The notes under the pieces are model-generated. The model saw only the letters and a list, made by a program, of their open reading frames with translations. It did no database searches and had not been told where the DNA came from. DNA of 64,000 bases, from contig CAWCKY010000004.1 in the NCBI GenBank assembly GCA_963796275.1, positions 352,001 to 416,000 of the forward strand, in the 5' to 3' direction. Source of the DNA: an uncultured Acidobacteriota bacterium. Lineage in GTDB: Bacteria > Acidobacteriota > Blastocatellia > RBC074. Shown in pieces: positions 20,944-32,894 of this stretch. Numbering within the stretch: position 1 is the stretch's first letter; each line of letters opens with the position of its first letter. Position numbers and translations under genes: made by a program.

Positions 20944-23138
20944 CCTCATCGATGGTTAAGAATCCAATGCAAACAGCAGAAACTGTAAAGACGCGAAGAT
21001 GGCCTGGAATAGCACTACGATTTCTAATTATATCTTTGCCTCTTTGCGCATTTGCGTTGAACCCTATTCAAAGCCCGCAATCACCGCAGTACCGTGAATG
21101 GAAGATGTTCGGCGGAGGGCCGGAGAACATTCATTACTCCACGCTCTCACAGATCGATCGCGATAACGTCGGCCAACTGGAGGTGGCATGGACATATGAC
21201 ACCGGCGATGCATTTCCGAATTCCGAGATGCAATGCAACCCTGTGATCATCGACGGTGTGCTCTATGCGACGACTCCGAAGCTGCGCGTCATCGCACTCA
21301 ATGCCGAGAAAGGAGAATTGATCTGGAGCTTCGATCCCAACGAAGGGAAAAGGACGCTCGGTAAAATGCGCAACCGCGGGGTGACCTATTGGGAAGACGG
21401 CGACGATAAGCGCATCTACTTCAGCTTCAGGCAGTGGCTCTATGCGCTCGACGCGAAGACCGGGCAGCCGATCAAGAGTTTTGGCAATGCGGGGCGCATC
21501 AATCTTCAAGAGGGTCTGGATCGCGATTTTCAAGGACTCTCGATCACGCTTTCGACGCCGGGCGTCGTTTATAAAGATATGCTGATTATCGGAAGCCTGG
21601 TGGGCGAGGCATTACCCGCAGCCCCCGGTCACATCCGCGCGATTGACCTGCGGACCGGAAAGATGCGCTGGATATTTCACACCATTCCCCATCCGGGCGA
21701 ATACGGTTATCAGACCTGGCCGAAAGATGCGTGGAAGTATATCGGCGGCGCGAATAATTGGAGTGGGATGGTGGTCGATCAGAAACGCGGTCTGGTCTTT
21801 GCTCCAACCGGTTCCGCGGCATTCGATTTTTACGGGGCCAACAGACCTGGCGATAACCTCTTCGCCAATACTTTGTTGTGTCTAGATGCGAACACAGGTA
21901 AGCGTAAATGGCATTTCCAGGCGGTCAAGCACGACGTCTGGGATCGCGATTTTCCCTCTGCGCCGGCCCTGGTCAGACTGAGGCGCAACGGGCGAGAAAT
22001 CGATGCCGTCGCTCAGATCACAAAATCGGGCCACGTCTTCGTCTTCGAGAGAGAGACCGGCAAGTCTATATTCCCCATCGAATACCGTAAAGTTCCGACC
22101 AATGGCGTTGAAGGCGAGAAGCTCGCAGCCACACAACCGCTGCCCGTCCTTCCCCCACCGTTTGCGCGGCAGAGCTTGACCGAGGATATGCTCACTCGCC
22201 GTACACCTGAGGCGCAAAAAGCGGCGATCGAGCGTTTCCGCAAGATACGTAGCAACGGTCAGTTCGAACCGCCTAGCCTCGAAGGTACGATCATCCTCCC
22301 CGGCTATGACGGAGGCGGTGAATGGGGTGGAGCGGCATTCGACCCCGAGACCGGTTTGTTATATGTGAACTCGAACGAGATGGCGTGGATACTTCGGATC
22401 GTTCCGCAACCCGCAACTAAAGCTCTGCCGAGTGGAAGAAGTTTGTATGAAGCCAATTGTGCAAGCTGCCATAAAAAAAATCTGGGCGGATCGCCTCCAG
22501 AGTTCCCCGCCCTCGCCAATCTGGGTAAGAAGTATGATCCATCGGAGGTAAGGAGCATCATCCGAAGCGGACAGGGGCGCATGCCAGGTTTCGCAGTGCT
22601 AGGACGCGAAGCGATTCAAGCCATCACCGATTACCTGCTGACCGGCGAGGACAACAATACAACGGGCGCGCCATCCAAGCTTTCGCCGATCGTAATGAAA
22701 TACACCTTCGACGGCTATAATAAGTTCCTCGATGCGGAGGGTTATCCTGCGATTGCACCTCCGTGGGGTACGCTCAATGCAATTGACCTCAATCAGGGAA
22801 AGATCGTTTGGAAGATTCCCCTGGGCGAGTATCCGGCACTTGCAGCGAAGGGAATAAAAGATACGGGGAGCGAAAATTATGGGGGCGCGATTGTAACGGC
22901 GAATGGATTGCTCTTTATCGGTGCGACCAATTACGATAAGAGATTCCGAGTATTCGATAAAATGAATGGAAAGTTGTTATGGGAGACTGAACTTCCAGCT
23001 GCTGGCAATGCGACCCCGGCAATTTATGAGGTGAATGGGCGCCAGTTTGTTGTAATAGCGGCCGGGGGCGGCAAAGGCGCGCCGTCGGGAGGAAGTTACG
23101 TGGCATTTGCGCTTAAAGGAAATAGAAACGCTGATTAA
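20940..23138 (+). CDS. PQQ-dependent dehydrogenase (glucose/quinate type) with inserted cytochrome c domain
   Basis: [52 protein letters not shown]; start uncertain (20940-20967). Confidence 0.9.
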   Translation: MTSSMVKNPMQTAETVKTRRWPGIALRFLIISLPLCAFALNPIQSPQSPQYREWKMFGGGPENIHYSTLSQIDRDNVGQLEVAWTYDTGDAFPNSEMQCNPVIIDGVLYATTPKLRVIALNAEKGELIWSFDPNEGKRTLGKMRNRGVTYWEDGDDKRIYFSFRQWLYALDAKTGQPIKSFGNAGRINLQEGLDRDFQGLSITLSTPGVVYKDMLIIGSLVGEALPAAPGHIRAIDLRTGKMRWIFHTIPHPGEYGYQTWPKDAWKYIGGANNWSGMVVDQKRGLVFAPTGSAAFDFYGANRPGDNLFANTLLCLDANTGKRKWHFQAVKHDVWDRDFPSAPALVRLRRNGREIDAVAQITKSGHVFVFERETGKSIFPIEYRKVPTNGVEGEKLAATQPLPVLPPPFARQSLTEDMLTRRTPEAQKAAIERFRKIRSNGQFEPPSLEGTIILPGYDGGGEWGGAAFDPETGLLYVNSNEMAWILRIVPQPATKALPSGRSLYEANCASCHKKNLGGSPPEFPALANLGKKYDPSEVRSIIRSGQGRMPGFAVLGREAIQAITDYLLTGEDNNTTGAPSKLSPIVMKYTFDGYNKFLDAEGYPAIAPPWGTLNAIDLNQGKIVWKIPLGEYPALAAKGIKDTGSENYGGAIVTANGLLFIGATNYDKRFRVFDKMNGKLLWETELPAAGNATPAIYEVNGRQFVVIAAGGGKGAPSGGSYVAFALKGNRNAD

Positions 23139-23155
23139 TAGGAGGGAGTAGCGAT

Positions 23156-23260
23156 TACTGAACAAAAATCCGGGCGAGCGATAGCGGGCGAGTCTTTATT
23201 GACAGATCATTGAGAGAAGCACGTTCGCTACCGGTCGCATGTACTGATTTTTGCTCAGTA
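23156..23260. repeat. Degenerate REP-like palindrome, related to 32278-32356
   Basis: TACTGAACAAAAATC / GATTTTTGCTCAGTA (14/15) enclosing GCGAGCGATAGCG ... CGCTACCGGTCGC. Confidence 0.55.
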
Positions 23261-23276
23261 TCCTCAAAATCATTCT

Positions 23277-25073
23277 TTGTCCAAGTCGAAAAATCCTCGT
23301 GTTGAATACGAAAGACGTCTGACAAACAGGCGAGATTCACTAGCCCACGAACAACAGCGTAGTCGATATATATGGATATGGCGGAGAATCGTCTTCGCCG
23401 CGATTGCGCTTTTCATCGTGCTTGCCGTCGAAAATATCATCGCGCCCTGGTGGATCGCTCTTCCCATCGTTGTCTTCATAGCGCTGATGGCTATCCATCA
23501 ACGCATTAATTCAGAACGTGATCATCTGGATCGCTCAGTGAAATTCTACGAGCGCTGTCTGGAACGACTCGACGATCGTTGGGCGGGCGCCGGAGAGCCC
23601 GGAGAGAGATTCGCCGACCAATCGCATCTCTACTCGGAAGACTTGGATATCTTTGGCTCGGGCTCCCTCTTCGAATTACTGAACACGGCGCGAACGAAGG
23701 CTGGCGAAGAGAAGCTCGCGTCATGGCTGCTCGCCCCCGCAACCATCTCCGAAGCGCGCGCCCGGCAAGCAGCGATTGATGAACTTAGGTCGAGGCTGGA
23801 TATGCGCGAAGACCTGGCAGTTCTCGGCGCTGACATCCGTTCCGGAATTCATCCGGAAAAGCTAACTGCATGGGCAACCGCGGCGCCTCACCGCTTCCCT
23901 CCTCTGATGCCGATTGCTGCTGCGCTGATCGGCATCTTTACATTGGTTGCTATCGTCTTATGGATCGGCTTCGGTTTTAAATTGCTCGTATTGACAGCGT
24001 TGCTCTGTGAGATGATTTTTCTCTTCATCTATCGCACGCAGATATCGCGCGTGATATCTGCCGTTGAGCTTCCGAGCCGGGAATTGACGCTGCTGGCAGA
24101 AACCCTCGCGCGTCTGGAACGAGAAGAGTTCCACTCGCCGAAACTGGTCAATCTGCGCCGGGCACTCGAGACCGCAGGATTGCCTCCGTCAAAACAGATC
24201 GCGCATCTGGTTCATCTGACGCAGGCTCTCGATTGGATGAAGAACCAGTTCTTCGGTCTGATCGCCTTCATACTGCTTTTGCCCGCGCAACTCGCCTATG
24301 CAATCGAACGGTGGCGACAGAGATCCGGCGCGAAAATTCCGCAATGGATCGAGGCGGTAGGCGAAATCGAGGCTTTGAACTCACTGGCCGGTTACGCTTA
24401 CGAACATCCGAACGACCCATTTCCGGAGCTTACCGAAGATGAAGAGTGTCTGGAGGGAGAAGCTCTCGGTCATCCTTTGATTTCCGATTCATATTGCGTA
24501 CGTAATGACGTAGCGCTCGGAGCAAGCGGGGCCAAACTGCGCCTGCTGGTCGTCAGCGGATCGAATATGTCAGGGAAGAGCACCCTGCTTAGAACGATCG
24601 GAACAAATGTCGTGCTCGCGCTCGCAGGGGCTCCGGTGCGCGCCAGCCGGCTGCGGTTGTCGCCCGTGTCGATCGGCGCTTCGATTCATATTCTCGATTC
24701 CCTGCAAACAGGAGCATCGCGTTTCTATGCTGAAATCACGCGGTTGCGGCATATCGTAGCGCTAACCGAGGGCGAATTGCCGCTGCTCTTCCTGCTCGAC
24801 GAGATACTAAGCGGCACCAATTCACACGACCGGCGAATAGGTGCTGAGGCGGTCGTGAAAGGACTGGTCGAACGAGGGGCAATGGGGTTGGTCACCACAC
24901 ACGACCTGGCTTTAACGAAAATTGTCGATAGTTTGGGCGCCTCCGCGGCTAACATCCATTTCGAAGACCACCTCGAAAACGGCAAGATGAGGTTTGATTA
25001 CAAGATTCACAAGGGAGTGGTTCAACGGAGCAATGCCCTGGAGCTTATGCGCGTAGTAGGTCTCAATGTCTAA
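23277..25073 (+). CDS. Membrane-anchored MutS-related ATPase (MutS domain V)
   Basis: TM segments, SGSNMSGKSTLLR, SRFYAE, LLDEILSGTNSHDR, TTHDL; no mismatch-binding domain I. Confidence 0.88.
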   Translation: MSKSKNPRVEYERRLTNRRDSLAHEQQRSRYIWIWRRIVFAAIALFIVLAVENIIAPWWIALPIVVFIALMAIHQRINSERDHLDRSVKFYERCLERLDDRWAGAGEPGERFADQSHLYSEDLDIFGSGSLFELLNTARTKAGEEKLASWLLAPATISEARARQAAIDELRSRLDMREDLAVLGADIRSGIHPEKLTAWATAAPHRFPPLMPIAAALIGIFTLVAIVLWIGFGFKLLVLTALLCEMIFLFIYRTQISRVISAVELPSRELTLLAETLARLEREEFHSPKLVNLRRALETAGLPPSKQIAHLVHLTQALDWMKNQFFGLIAFILLLPAQLAYAIERWRQRSGAKIPQWIEAVGEIEALNSLAGYAYEHPNDPFPELTEDEECLEGEALGHPLISDSYCVRNDVALGASGAKLRLLVVSGSNMSGKSTLLRTIGTNVVLALAGAPVRASRLRLSPVSIGASIHILDSLQTGASRFYAEITRLRHIVALTEGELPLLFLLDEILSGTNSHDRRIGAEAVVKGLVERGAMGLVTTHDLALTKIVDSLGASAANIHFEDHLENGKMRFDYKIHKGVVQRSNALELMRVVGLNV

Positions 25074-25105
25074 AAACAGGAAGGCAGGGCATTTATAAGG
25101 CAGGC

Positions 25106-25204
25106 ATTTATAATTTTAGATTTGTGATTTTACATTTGTCATTTGTAGGAAAAAGATTCCTCCATCAATGACAAATCTAAAATCACTAATCTAAAATTAT
25201 AAAT
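25106..25204. repeat. 38-bp inverted repeat (36/38) built of ATTTTAG/ATTTGTC heptamers
   Basis: Arms at 25106-25143 and 25167-25204 between convergent genes; related array at 39984-40072. Confidence 0.85.
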
Positions 25205-25217
25205 TCTCTGCCCTGTT

Positions 25218-26396
25218 TTACGGCAAATAATTCTGGAAAACCCGAACCACATTATCACCCATGATTTTCCTGATCTCGGCCTCGCTGAAATTCTCCTGCA
25301 ACAGCCCGTCGGTTATCTGCACGAGTCCTGTCGTATCGAAGGGAGCCTCGATTGATCCATCGAAGTCTGAGCCTAACGCGACATGGTCGACGCCGATTAA
25401 ATTAGCCGTATAACGAATCGCCCTTGCGATATCTCTGGCGTCGCGCCCGCAGACGGCCGTCTCCCAGTATCCTACGCCGACAACGCCGCCTGTCTCTGCG
25501 ATAGCTCTGAGTTGCATGTCGCTCAGATTCCGCGTGTTGTTGCAGGTGCCTTTGACCCCCGTGTGGGATACGATGACGGGCCGAGTTGCCATCAACAACA
25601 CATCATCGATGACTTTCGGCGAAGAATGCGCGAGATCGATGAAGATGCTCCGCTCCTGCATGCGTCTCACCAACTCTCTTCCCCTATCGGTCAATCCCGT
25701 TTTCCCGATGCCATGAGCCGATCCTCCCATTTCGTTATCGAAAAAATGTGCGATGCCGATCATCCGGAATCCGGCGTCGTAGAGTCTATCGAGGTTCTTC
25801 ACATCGCCGCCGAGCGCATGCGCCCCTTCAATTCCTAAGAGGCCGGCCACAATTCCCTGTTCCCTGCCGCGGCGTTCGAGATAATTCGTCACATCGATCC
25901 GTGTCCTCAGGATGACGAGCCCGCCATTTGAATCGGCCTCAGCTTCGTGCAATCGCCGCGCCTGATACAATGCGCGCTCGGTCAAATTACCCCAACTCCC
26001 AATAGGCCATCGTTCGGCAATAGCGAGCAGCGTGATGTCATCGGAATCATCGCCGTTTCTTTCAATGTTCAGGTCGCGCGGCGATTTCGTGACAACCGTG
26101 AACGCCTGGATCGCGACGTTTCCTTCAACCAAACGCGGTACATCGACGTGCCCCCAGCTTCCGCGCTCGAGCAGATCGCGATTCCACATCAATGTGTCAG
26201 CATGAAGATCGGCAATCAGTAAGGTTTGGTGAAGCTTTCGTGCAGCGGGCGATGCCTCATAGGGAGGAGGATTGAGCGTCACGTTCAATTGTTTTCCGAC
26301 GCGCGTCGGAATAATGAACCAGAATACGCACAATGCGATCGCCAGCATCGCCATGAGTATGGGGACGAGAAGAATTTTTTTCACTTTCACCATCAA
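25218..26396 (-). CDS. M19 membrane dipeptidase family protein
   Basis: DLHAD, GHVDVPRL, GIEGAH, IDLAH, VSHTG, RNLSD, LGSDFDG. Confidence 0.9.
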   Translation of the reverse strand: MMVKVKKILLVPILMAMLAIALCVFWFIIPTRVGKQLNVTLNPPPYEASPAARKLHQTLLIADLHADTLMWNRDLLERGSWGHVDVPRLVEGNVAIQAFTVVTKSPRDLNIERNGDDSDDITLLAIAERWPIGSWGNLTERALYQARRLHEAEADSNGGLVILRTRIDVTNYLERRGREQGIVAGLLGIEGAHALGGDVKNLDRLYDAGFRMIGIAHFFDNEMGGSAHGIGKTGLTDRGRELVRRMQERSIFIDLAHSSPKVIDDVLLMATRPVIVSHTGVKGTCNNTRNLSDMQLRAIAETGGVVGVGYWETAVCGRDARDIARAIRYTANLIGVDHVALGSDFDGSIEAPFDTTGLVQITDGLLQENFSEAEIRKIMGDNVVRVFQNYLP

Positions 26397-26507
26397 ATAT
26401 CAAAACCACAACATCGGAAGAACCAGAATTGCAGGCGATGGGCGGCGCCTGCCCCAACTATTACGTGACGATCCGCCTCAAGCAAAAAACCAAACGAAAT
26501 CCCGTGC

Positions 26508-26536
26508 TTGACACTACCGCACGCCTCAGGCACACT
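26508..26536 (+). promoter_or_regulatory. Possible sigma70 promoter
   Basis: TTGACA, N17, CACACT upstream of 26629. Confidence 0.4.
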
Positions 26537-26628
26537 GCGCGCCGATGGCATAATATATCTCTCCAGGCATTGCCATCGTGCGCTGAACTCATATTTATCA
26601 CAAAACTATTCCAAGGAGGCGGGCGACT

Positions 26629-27870
<1,242 letters not shown>

Positions 27871-27883
27871 AAATGAGGTCGCT

Positions 27884-28660
27884 ATGTCAAGCAAAACGAA
27901 AATATATATTGCAGTTTTAAGCATGCTGGCCCTCGTCTCAGGTGTCGGTCTACACCTGGCGAAGGAAGCTCTGGCTGCCAAGGGAAATGTCCGCGTTCTT
28001 TATGTCACTCAATCGAAAGGCTTCCGCCACCAATCGTTGCATGTGTCGGAAGACGTCATGGAAGAACTGGGGGCAAACAATGGGTTCGATGTAACCCTCA
28101 CCCACAAGGCTGAAAAGTACATCACTCCGGAAAACCTGAAGAACCTGGATGTCATCGTCTTTTATACGACGGGCGAGTTGCCGCTCAGCGATGTTCAGAA
28201 AAAGGCATTCCTCGATTTCATCAAATCCGGAAAAGGGTTCATCGGAATCCACAGCGCGACCGATACGTTTTACAAATGGCCCGAATACGGAGAGATGATC
28301 GGGGGATATTTCGATGGGCATCCCTGGACACAGAATGACACCGTGACGATAACCAATCTCGACCCGAAAAATCCGCTCACCGGCCACTGGGAGGAATCCT
28401 TCAATCTCAAAGAAGAGATCTACCAATACAAAGAGTTCAACAAAGACAAAGTCACGGTAACGATGGGCCTCGACAAGTCCAAAACCGACATGACCAAGAA
28501 GGGTGTCAAAGCGACGGAGTTCCCGCTGACCTGGTATCGTAGTTACGGTAACGGCCGGGTATTTTATACTGCACTCGGTCATCGCCCTGAGGTCTGGGAA
28601 GACCAGAGGTTCCAGAAGATGATCGTAAATGCGCTCAATTGGGCGGCAGGGAAAAAATAA
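27884..28660 (+). CDS. ThuA domain-containing secreted protein
   Basis: [42 protein letters not shown]. Confidence 0.88.
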   Translation: MSSKTKIYIAVLSMLALVSGVGLHLAKEALAAKGNVRVLYVTQSKGFRHQSLHVSEDVMEELGANNGFDVTLTHKAEKYITPENLKNLDVIVFYTTGELPLSDVQKKAFLDFIKSGKGFIGIHSATDTFYKWPEYGEMIGGYFDGHPWTQNDTVTITNLDPKNPLTGHWEESFNLKEEIYQYKEFNKDKVTVTMGLDKSKTDMTKKGVKATEFPLTWYRSYGNGRVFYTALGHRPEVWEDQRFQKMIVNALNWAAGKK

Positions 28661-28670
28661 ATGATCACTC

Positions 28671-28713
28671 GGATTGCGGATTAACGAGGAAATTACAGGT
28701 TAATCCGCAATCC
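28671..28713. terminator. Perfect 15-bp inverted repeat between convergent genes
   Basis: GGATTGCGGATTAAC / GTTAATCCGCAATCC. Confidence 0.7.
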
Positions 28714-28720
28714 CGCATCG

Positions 28721-29041
28721 TCAGTGTTCAGATGCCAATCTCAGACCGATAACACCAGCCACAATCAAAGCGATGCAGGCAATCCTCATAAGATCACGGG
28801 CCTCATCGAAAAGCCAAATCCCCAGTACTGCAGTCCCGGCGGCACCAATCCCGGTCCAGACAGCATAGGCGGTCCCGACTGGTATCGTTTTCATTGCGAT
28901 CGAAAGGAGAATAATGCTGATGATCATCGCCCCGATGGTTCCGACGCTCGGCCAGAGCCGGCTGAACCCCTCGGTATATTTCAAACCGATCGCCCAAGCG
29001 ATCTCAAGAATTCCGGCTATTATCAAATAGATCCAGGCCAC
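28721..29041 (-). CDS. sugE: SMR exporter, SugE/Gdx type
   Basis: [38 protein letters not shown]. Confidence 0.9.
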   Translation of the reverse strand: MAWIYLIIAGILEIAWAIGLKYTEGFSRLWPSVGTIGAMIISIILLSIAMKTIPVGTAYAVWTGIGAAGTAVLGIWLFDEARDLMRIACIALIVAGVIGLRLASEH

Positions 29042-29050
29042 AGCTCCCTT

Positions 29051-30028
29051 TCATGCTTCAACCTGTTGTCTCGCCCAGACCGCTGCACCGATCAACCCGG
29101 CATTATTGCCGAGTTGAGCTGGGACGACTTCAACACAATTTGCATCGGTAAGAAAAACCCGCTCCTGCATAGATCTACGAATTGGATCCAGGATCAATTC
29201 ACCGGCAGCCGCTATGCCGCCGCCGATCACCACGCGGCGCGGGTTGACGGCTGTGACGATATTGGCGACGCCCGCGCCGATAATCATACCGGCGAATTCA
29301 TAGATTTCGCGCGCCACTCTATCACCCGATATCGCCGCCTCGCAGATGAGCTCGGGAGTTATGCGATTGAGGTCCCGGCCGGCCAAATCGGCGATCATAG
29401 TATTACGGCCCTGGACCACTGCTTTCATCCCCATGGCGGCGATGGCTGGGCCGGAGGCGAAAGCTTCGATACATCCGCGGCTTCCGCACCCGCATCGTGG
29501 GCCATTGACGTCGACGCTGATATGGCCGAGTTCCCCCGCTGCGCCCGACGGCCCGAGATGCAATTTACCATTGATGACGAGCCCCCCTCCGATGCCGGTG
29601 CCGAGAGTGTAGCACGCAGTATCGCAACCGCGGCCTGCACCGAACTTCCATTCGCCCAAAGTCATCGCACGAGCGTCATTAATCAAAGAGACAGGCAAGT
29701 TTATCTGGTTAGACAACTGGTCCCGTACCGGCACATTGAGCCAATTGCCCGGCAGGTTAGGTAAGAAAATCGTCGTCCCTTTTTTAAGATCGAGCGAGCC
29801 CGGTAAACCGAGACCGACGCCCCCGACTTCATCTTGCGGCAATTTACTCAGCCGAATGATCTCCTCGACCAGTGCCGCAATTTGCAGGATTACCGAGTTA
29901 TGCCCTTCACGAGCGTGAGTGGGCGTCGACCGAGTGGATGTTATCTCTCCCGTGTCGGTGTTAACTAATGCGGCTTTGATGTTGGTGCCGCCTATATCAA
30001 TTCCGATATATATACTTTTATCAGGCAT
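29051..30028 (-). CDS. ROK family sugar kinase (glucokinase-like)
   Basis: [35 protein letters not shown]. Confidence 0.92.
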   Translation of the reverse strand: MPDKSIYIGIDIGGTNIKAALVNTDTGEITSTRSTPTHAREGHNSVILQIAALVEEIIRLSKLPQDEVGGVGLGLPGSLDLKKGTTIFLPNLPGNWLNVPVRDQLSNQINLPVSLINDARAMTLGEWKFGAGRGCDTACYTLGTGIGGGLVINGKLHLGPSGAAGELGHISVDVNGPRCGCGSRGCIEAFASGPAIAAMGMKAVVQGRNTMIADLAGRDLNRITPELICEAAISGDRVAREIYEFAGMIIGAGVANIVTAVNPRRVVIGGGIAAAGELILDPIRRSMQERVFLTDANCVEVVPAQLGNNAGLIGAAVWARQQVEA

Positions 30029-30249
30029 ATGGTTTTAGCGGTAACGGGGGAATCTTCCACCCCATGAAATGAATACAGCTTTTACCCAATCCGAGTGCGG
30101 TTGGCAAGGATAATTGAGAAGCTCGAACTTGAAATTTGCGCCATCAGATGCACCTCAGTGGCCATTTCCTTGCGCCTTCGCGTCTTTCAGGTAGAATTAA
30201 CGCGATCCCCGAATGTTCCCATTCTCTATTTCAAGGAGATCAAATCGAT

Positions 30250-31458
30250 ATGAATCAAGGCCTACGCTGGCGGCTCAGTGTCATGATGTTCCTTCAGTAT
30301 ACGATCTGGGGGGCTTGGAATCCGGTGTTTTCCGCCTACCTCGATCAACTCGGTTTTAGCGGGACGCAAATTGGCGTGATATACGCCCTGCTGCCGGCGG
30401 CATGCATGCTCGCCCCCTTTACCGCGGGGCAACTCGCTGACCGATATTTTTCCACGGAAAAATTAATGGCAGTTCTGCACGTGCTTGGCGGAATAGCGAT
30501 GCTCTTCGCCGCGAGTGTCACTGATTACGGCAAATTGTTGCCCCTGATGCTCGCGTGGGCCGTGTTCTATGCGCCGACGCTGGCCTTGACCAATTCGCTC
30601 TGCTTCCATCATATGCCCGAAGCCGAAAAGGAGTTCGGCCTGGTTCGCGTGTGGGGAACGATAGGATGGATTGCTGTGAACCTGGGATTGACCGGCCTGC
30701 GCACTACCGGGTTGATCGCGGGGTTGGGAGGGGCGGATAGTTTGTGGCTCGGGGCAGCCCTTTCATTCGTGCTTGCCGCTTTCTCGCTCGCATTGCCCCA
30801 CACTCCGCCGGCAAAGACAGGCGATAACCCGTGGGCTTTTCTATCAGCCTTTAAACTGATGCGCGATCCGCAATTCGCTATTTTCATCATCATTTCATTT
30901 GTGGTCTCCACCGAGTTGCAATTCTATTATGTATTGACCGCGCCGTTCCTCAGTACTGTGGGCGTGAGCGATGAGCGAATGCCGATGATTATGACGATCG
31001 CGCAGGTCGCCGAGATCGGCACCATGCTCGCCCTCTCGCTGATGCTGGCGAAATGGGGCATCCGTAAAACAATGGTAATCGGGATTTTAGCCTGGCCTCT
31101 TCGTTATGCCGTATTCGCATATGGGCAGCCGCGCTGGCTGGTTATCGCTGCGCTCGCTCTGCACGGCCTGTGTTACGTCTGTTTCTTCACCGTCTCGCAG
31201 ATATATGTCAACGAGGTTGCCGGTCGCGATATTCGCGCATCGGCGCAGGGCCTGATCACTTTCGTCACTCTTGGAGCGGGTCTCTTGGTCGGCAGTTTAT
31301 TTGCCGGTTATATTAAAGATGTCTTCACCTCCGGATCCACAGTCGATTATACGATGGTCTTCATGGTTCCGCTCGTCCTGACCTTGGTCTGCGCGGTCGT
31401 ATTCACGCTCACTTTCCGTGAACGGCAGTGGAATAAGGTCGAGGCCGAACCTGTATAA
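30250..31458 (+). CDS. MFS nucleoside:H+ symporter family (NupG-like)
   Basis: LSVMMFLQYTIWGAW, GQLADRYF, RVWGTIGWI, IAQVAEI, RASAQG; start at ATG 30250 after a GGAGA RBS. Confidence 0.87.
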   Translation: MNQGLRWRLSVMMFLQYTIWGAWNPVFSAYLDQLGFSGTQIGVIYALLPAACMLAPFTAGQLADRYFSTEKLMAVLHVLGGIAMLFAASVTDYGKLLPLMLAWAVFYAPTLALTNSLCFHHMPEAEKEFGLVRVWGTIGWIAVNLGLTGLRTTGLIAGLGGADSLWLGAALSFVLAAFSLALPHTPPAKTGDNPWAFLSAFKLMRDPQFAIFIIISFVVSTELQFYYVLTAPFLSTVGVSDERMPMIMTIAQVAEIGTMLALSLMLAKWGIRKTMVIGILAWPLRYAVFAYGQPRWLVIAALALHGLCYVCFFTVSQIYVNEVAGRDIRASAQGLITFVTLGAGLLVGSLFAGYIKDVFTSGSTVDYTMVFMVPLVLTLVCAVVFTLTFRERQWNKVEAEPV

Positions 31459-31561
31459 ATGGGAATGGATAATTGATAATGGATTATGAAAGAACATATG
31501 TTCGCATTTGTTTGACCGTAATCATTACCATCTATCAATTATCCATTATCAATTATCAATT
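31458..31561. repeat. Heptamer-array palindrome (AATGGAT/AATTGAT)n / (AATTATC/CATTATC)n
   Basis: Visible arrays in both arms. Confidence 0.75.
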
Positions 31562-31579
31562 ACTTGAAGGAGATTTCGC

Positions 31580-32272
31580 ATGAGTTTTAATCGCACGCTG
31601 ATATGGCATCGCGCATCAGCTATTTTATTTTCCCTCGTATTGTTATTTACGGCCTGTGCTTCATCATCGAATGAAGCTGCGCAAATGCAATCGTCTGCTC
31701 CGCCCCAAGCTGCCGCCACATCAACACCGACATCTTCCGTGCTGGCTGTTGGGCATGACTCGACAGCGCCCGCTTCTTCGGGCGCCGCCATGACAGCGTC
31801 GCCTGCAACGACCGGCGCTCAGGGGGTCAACTGGACAACCCCGACGCGCTGGAAAACCAATCCGGGATCAGGAATGCGCGCCGCAACTTATATAATTCCG
31901 GCGGCCACAGGGGATAGCGAGGGAGCGGAGTGCGCGGTATTCAAGAATATTGGAGGAGGAGTCGCGGCGAACATAAAGCGCTGGATTGACCAGTTCGAAC
32001 AAGCCGACGGCAGTCCTTCCGATTCGAAAGCCAAGCAGAAGAAGGAGACGATCAATGGGCTCAGCGTTTCGACCGTCGATTTGACCGGAACATTTAAGGG
32101 TGGCGGGATGGCGATGGGACAACCCACGGCCAAGAAACCCGGCTATCGCTTGCTCGGAGCGATAGTGGAGACGCCGCAGGGCGAGATCTTTTTCAAACTA
32201 ACCGGGCCGGAAAAGACCGTCAACGCGGCACAACCTGAATTCCAGTCGCTGATCAAATCGATCAAGGATTAA
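31580..32272 (+). CDS. Hypothetical lipoprotein
   Basis: Lipobox FTAC, Ser/Ala-rich linker, [22 protein letters not shown]. Confidence 0.75.
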   Translation: MSFNRTLIWHRASAILFSLVLLFTACASSSNEAAQMQSSAPPQAAATSTPTSSVLAVGHDSTAPASSGAAMTASPATTGAQGVNWTTPTRWKTNPGSGMRAATYIIPAATGDSEGAECAVFKNIGGGVAANIKRWIDQFEQADGSPSDSKAKQKKETINGLSVSTVDLTGTFKGGGMAMGQPTAKKPGYRLLGAIVETPQGEIFFKLTGPEKTVNAAQPEFQSLIKSIKD

Positions 32273-32277
32273 TTTGC

Positions 32278-32356
32278 AGTACGGGAGCGTAAACGACCTC
32301 TGCCTCGATAAGTCGGTCGCTTAGCGAGCTTCAGGTCGCTTACGCTCCCCCGTACT
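32278..32356. repeat. REP-like palindrome between convergent genes
   Basis: AGTACGGGAGCGTAAACGACCT / AGGTCGCTTACGCTCCCCCGTACT. Confidence 0.7.
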
Positions 32357-32379
32357 CTGTTCTGCTATTACTTTCTCTT

Positions 32380-32748
32380 CTACTTTTTCGCGCTTTTCGT
32401 CGATTTCGGCCCAAAAGAGCGGACATATCTGACCATCGAATTGACTTGCGCGGGTGAGAGCACCTCTTTGAACGCGGGCATCACACCTTTACCGTTGCGA
32501 ATCCCTTCTGCTATCGCCTTATTGGTGTTCTCCGACTGCCACTTTCCATCGGTGAAATCGGGCGGTTGGAGTGTTTCGAGACCCTTACCATCCCCGAGGT
32601 GACAGTTTGCGCAATGTTTTTTATAAACCTCATTCACACCATTTTTACTCTTGCCCGTCTGGACGGAAGCGACTGTTTCCCCCCACGAGGCAGAAAGAAA
32701 TATTGCAGCAACGATCAGAACTATGGTGAGTGAGAGTGGTTTCCTCAT
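32380..32748 (-). CDS. Monoheme cytochrome c (c6-like)
   Basis: Signal peptide, CANCH, GKGVMPAF. Confidence 0.88.
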   Translation of the reverse strand: MRKPLSLTIVLIVAAIFLSASWGETVASVQTGKSKNGVNEVYKKHCANCHLGDGKGLETLQPPDFTDGKWQSENTNKAIAEGIRNGKGVMPAFKEVLSPAQVNSMVRYVRSFGPKSTKSAKK

Positions 32749-32894
32749 TGGTAACTAAATTTTCTCCTTCAATACTTGATAAGATTTGCGCCGGCGTTTG
32801 GTAAAATCCGTAAAAATTCCGGCACATCTGTTTTAATCCATTGTCGATCTACGAAATGCTAAATCTTCCTTGCGCATTAAATCAAGCGTTCTAC

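Noticed and set aside
28724-29764. 346-aa + strand ORF
   Set aside because: Antisense shadow of the well-supported sugE and ROK genes
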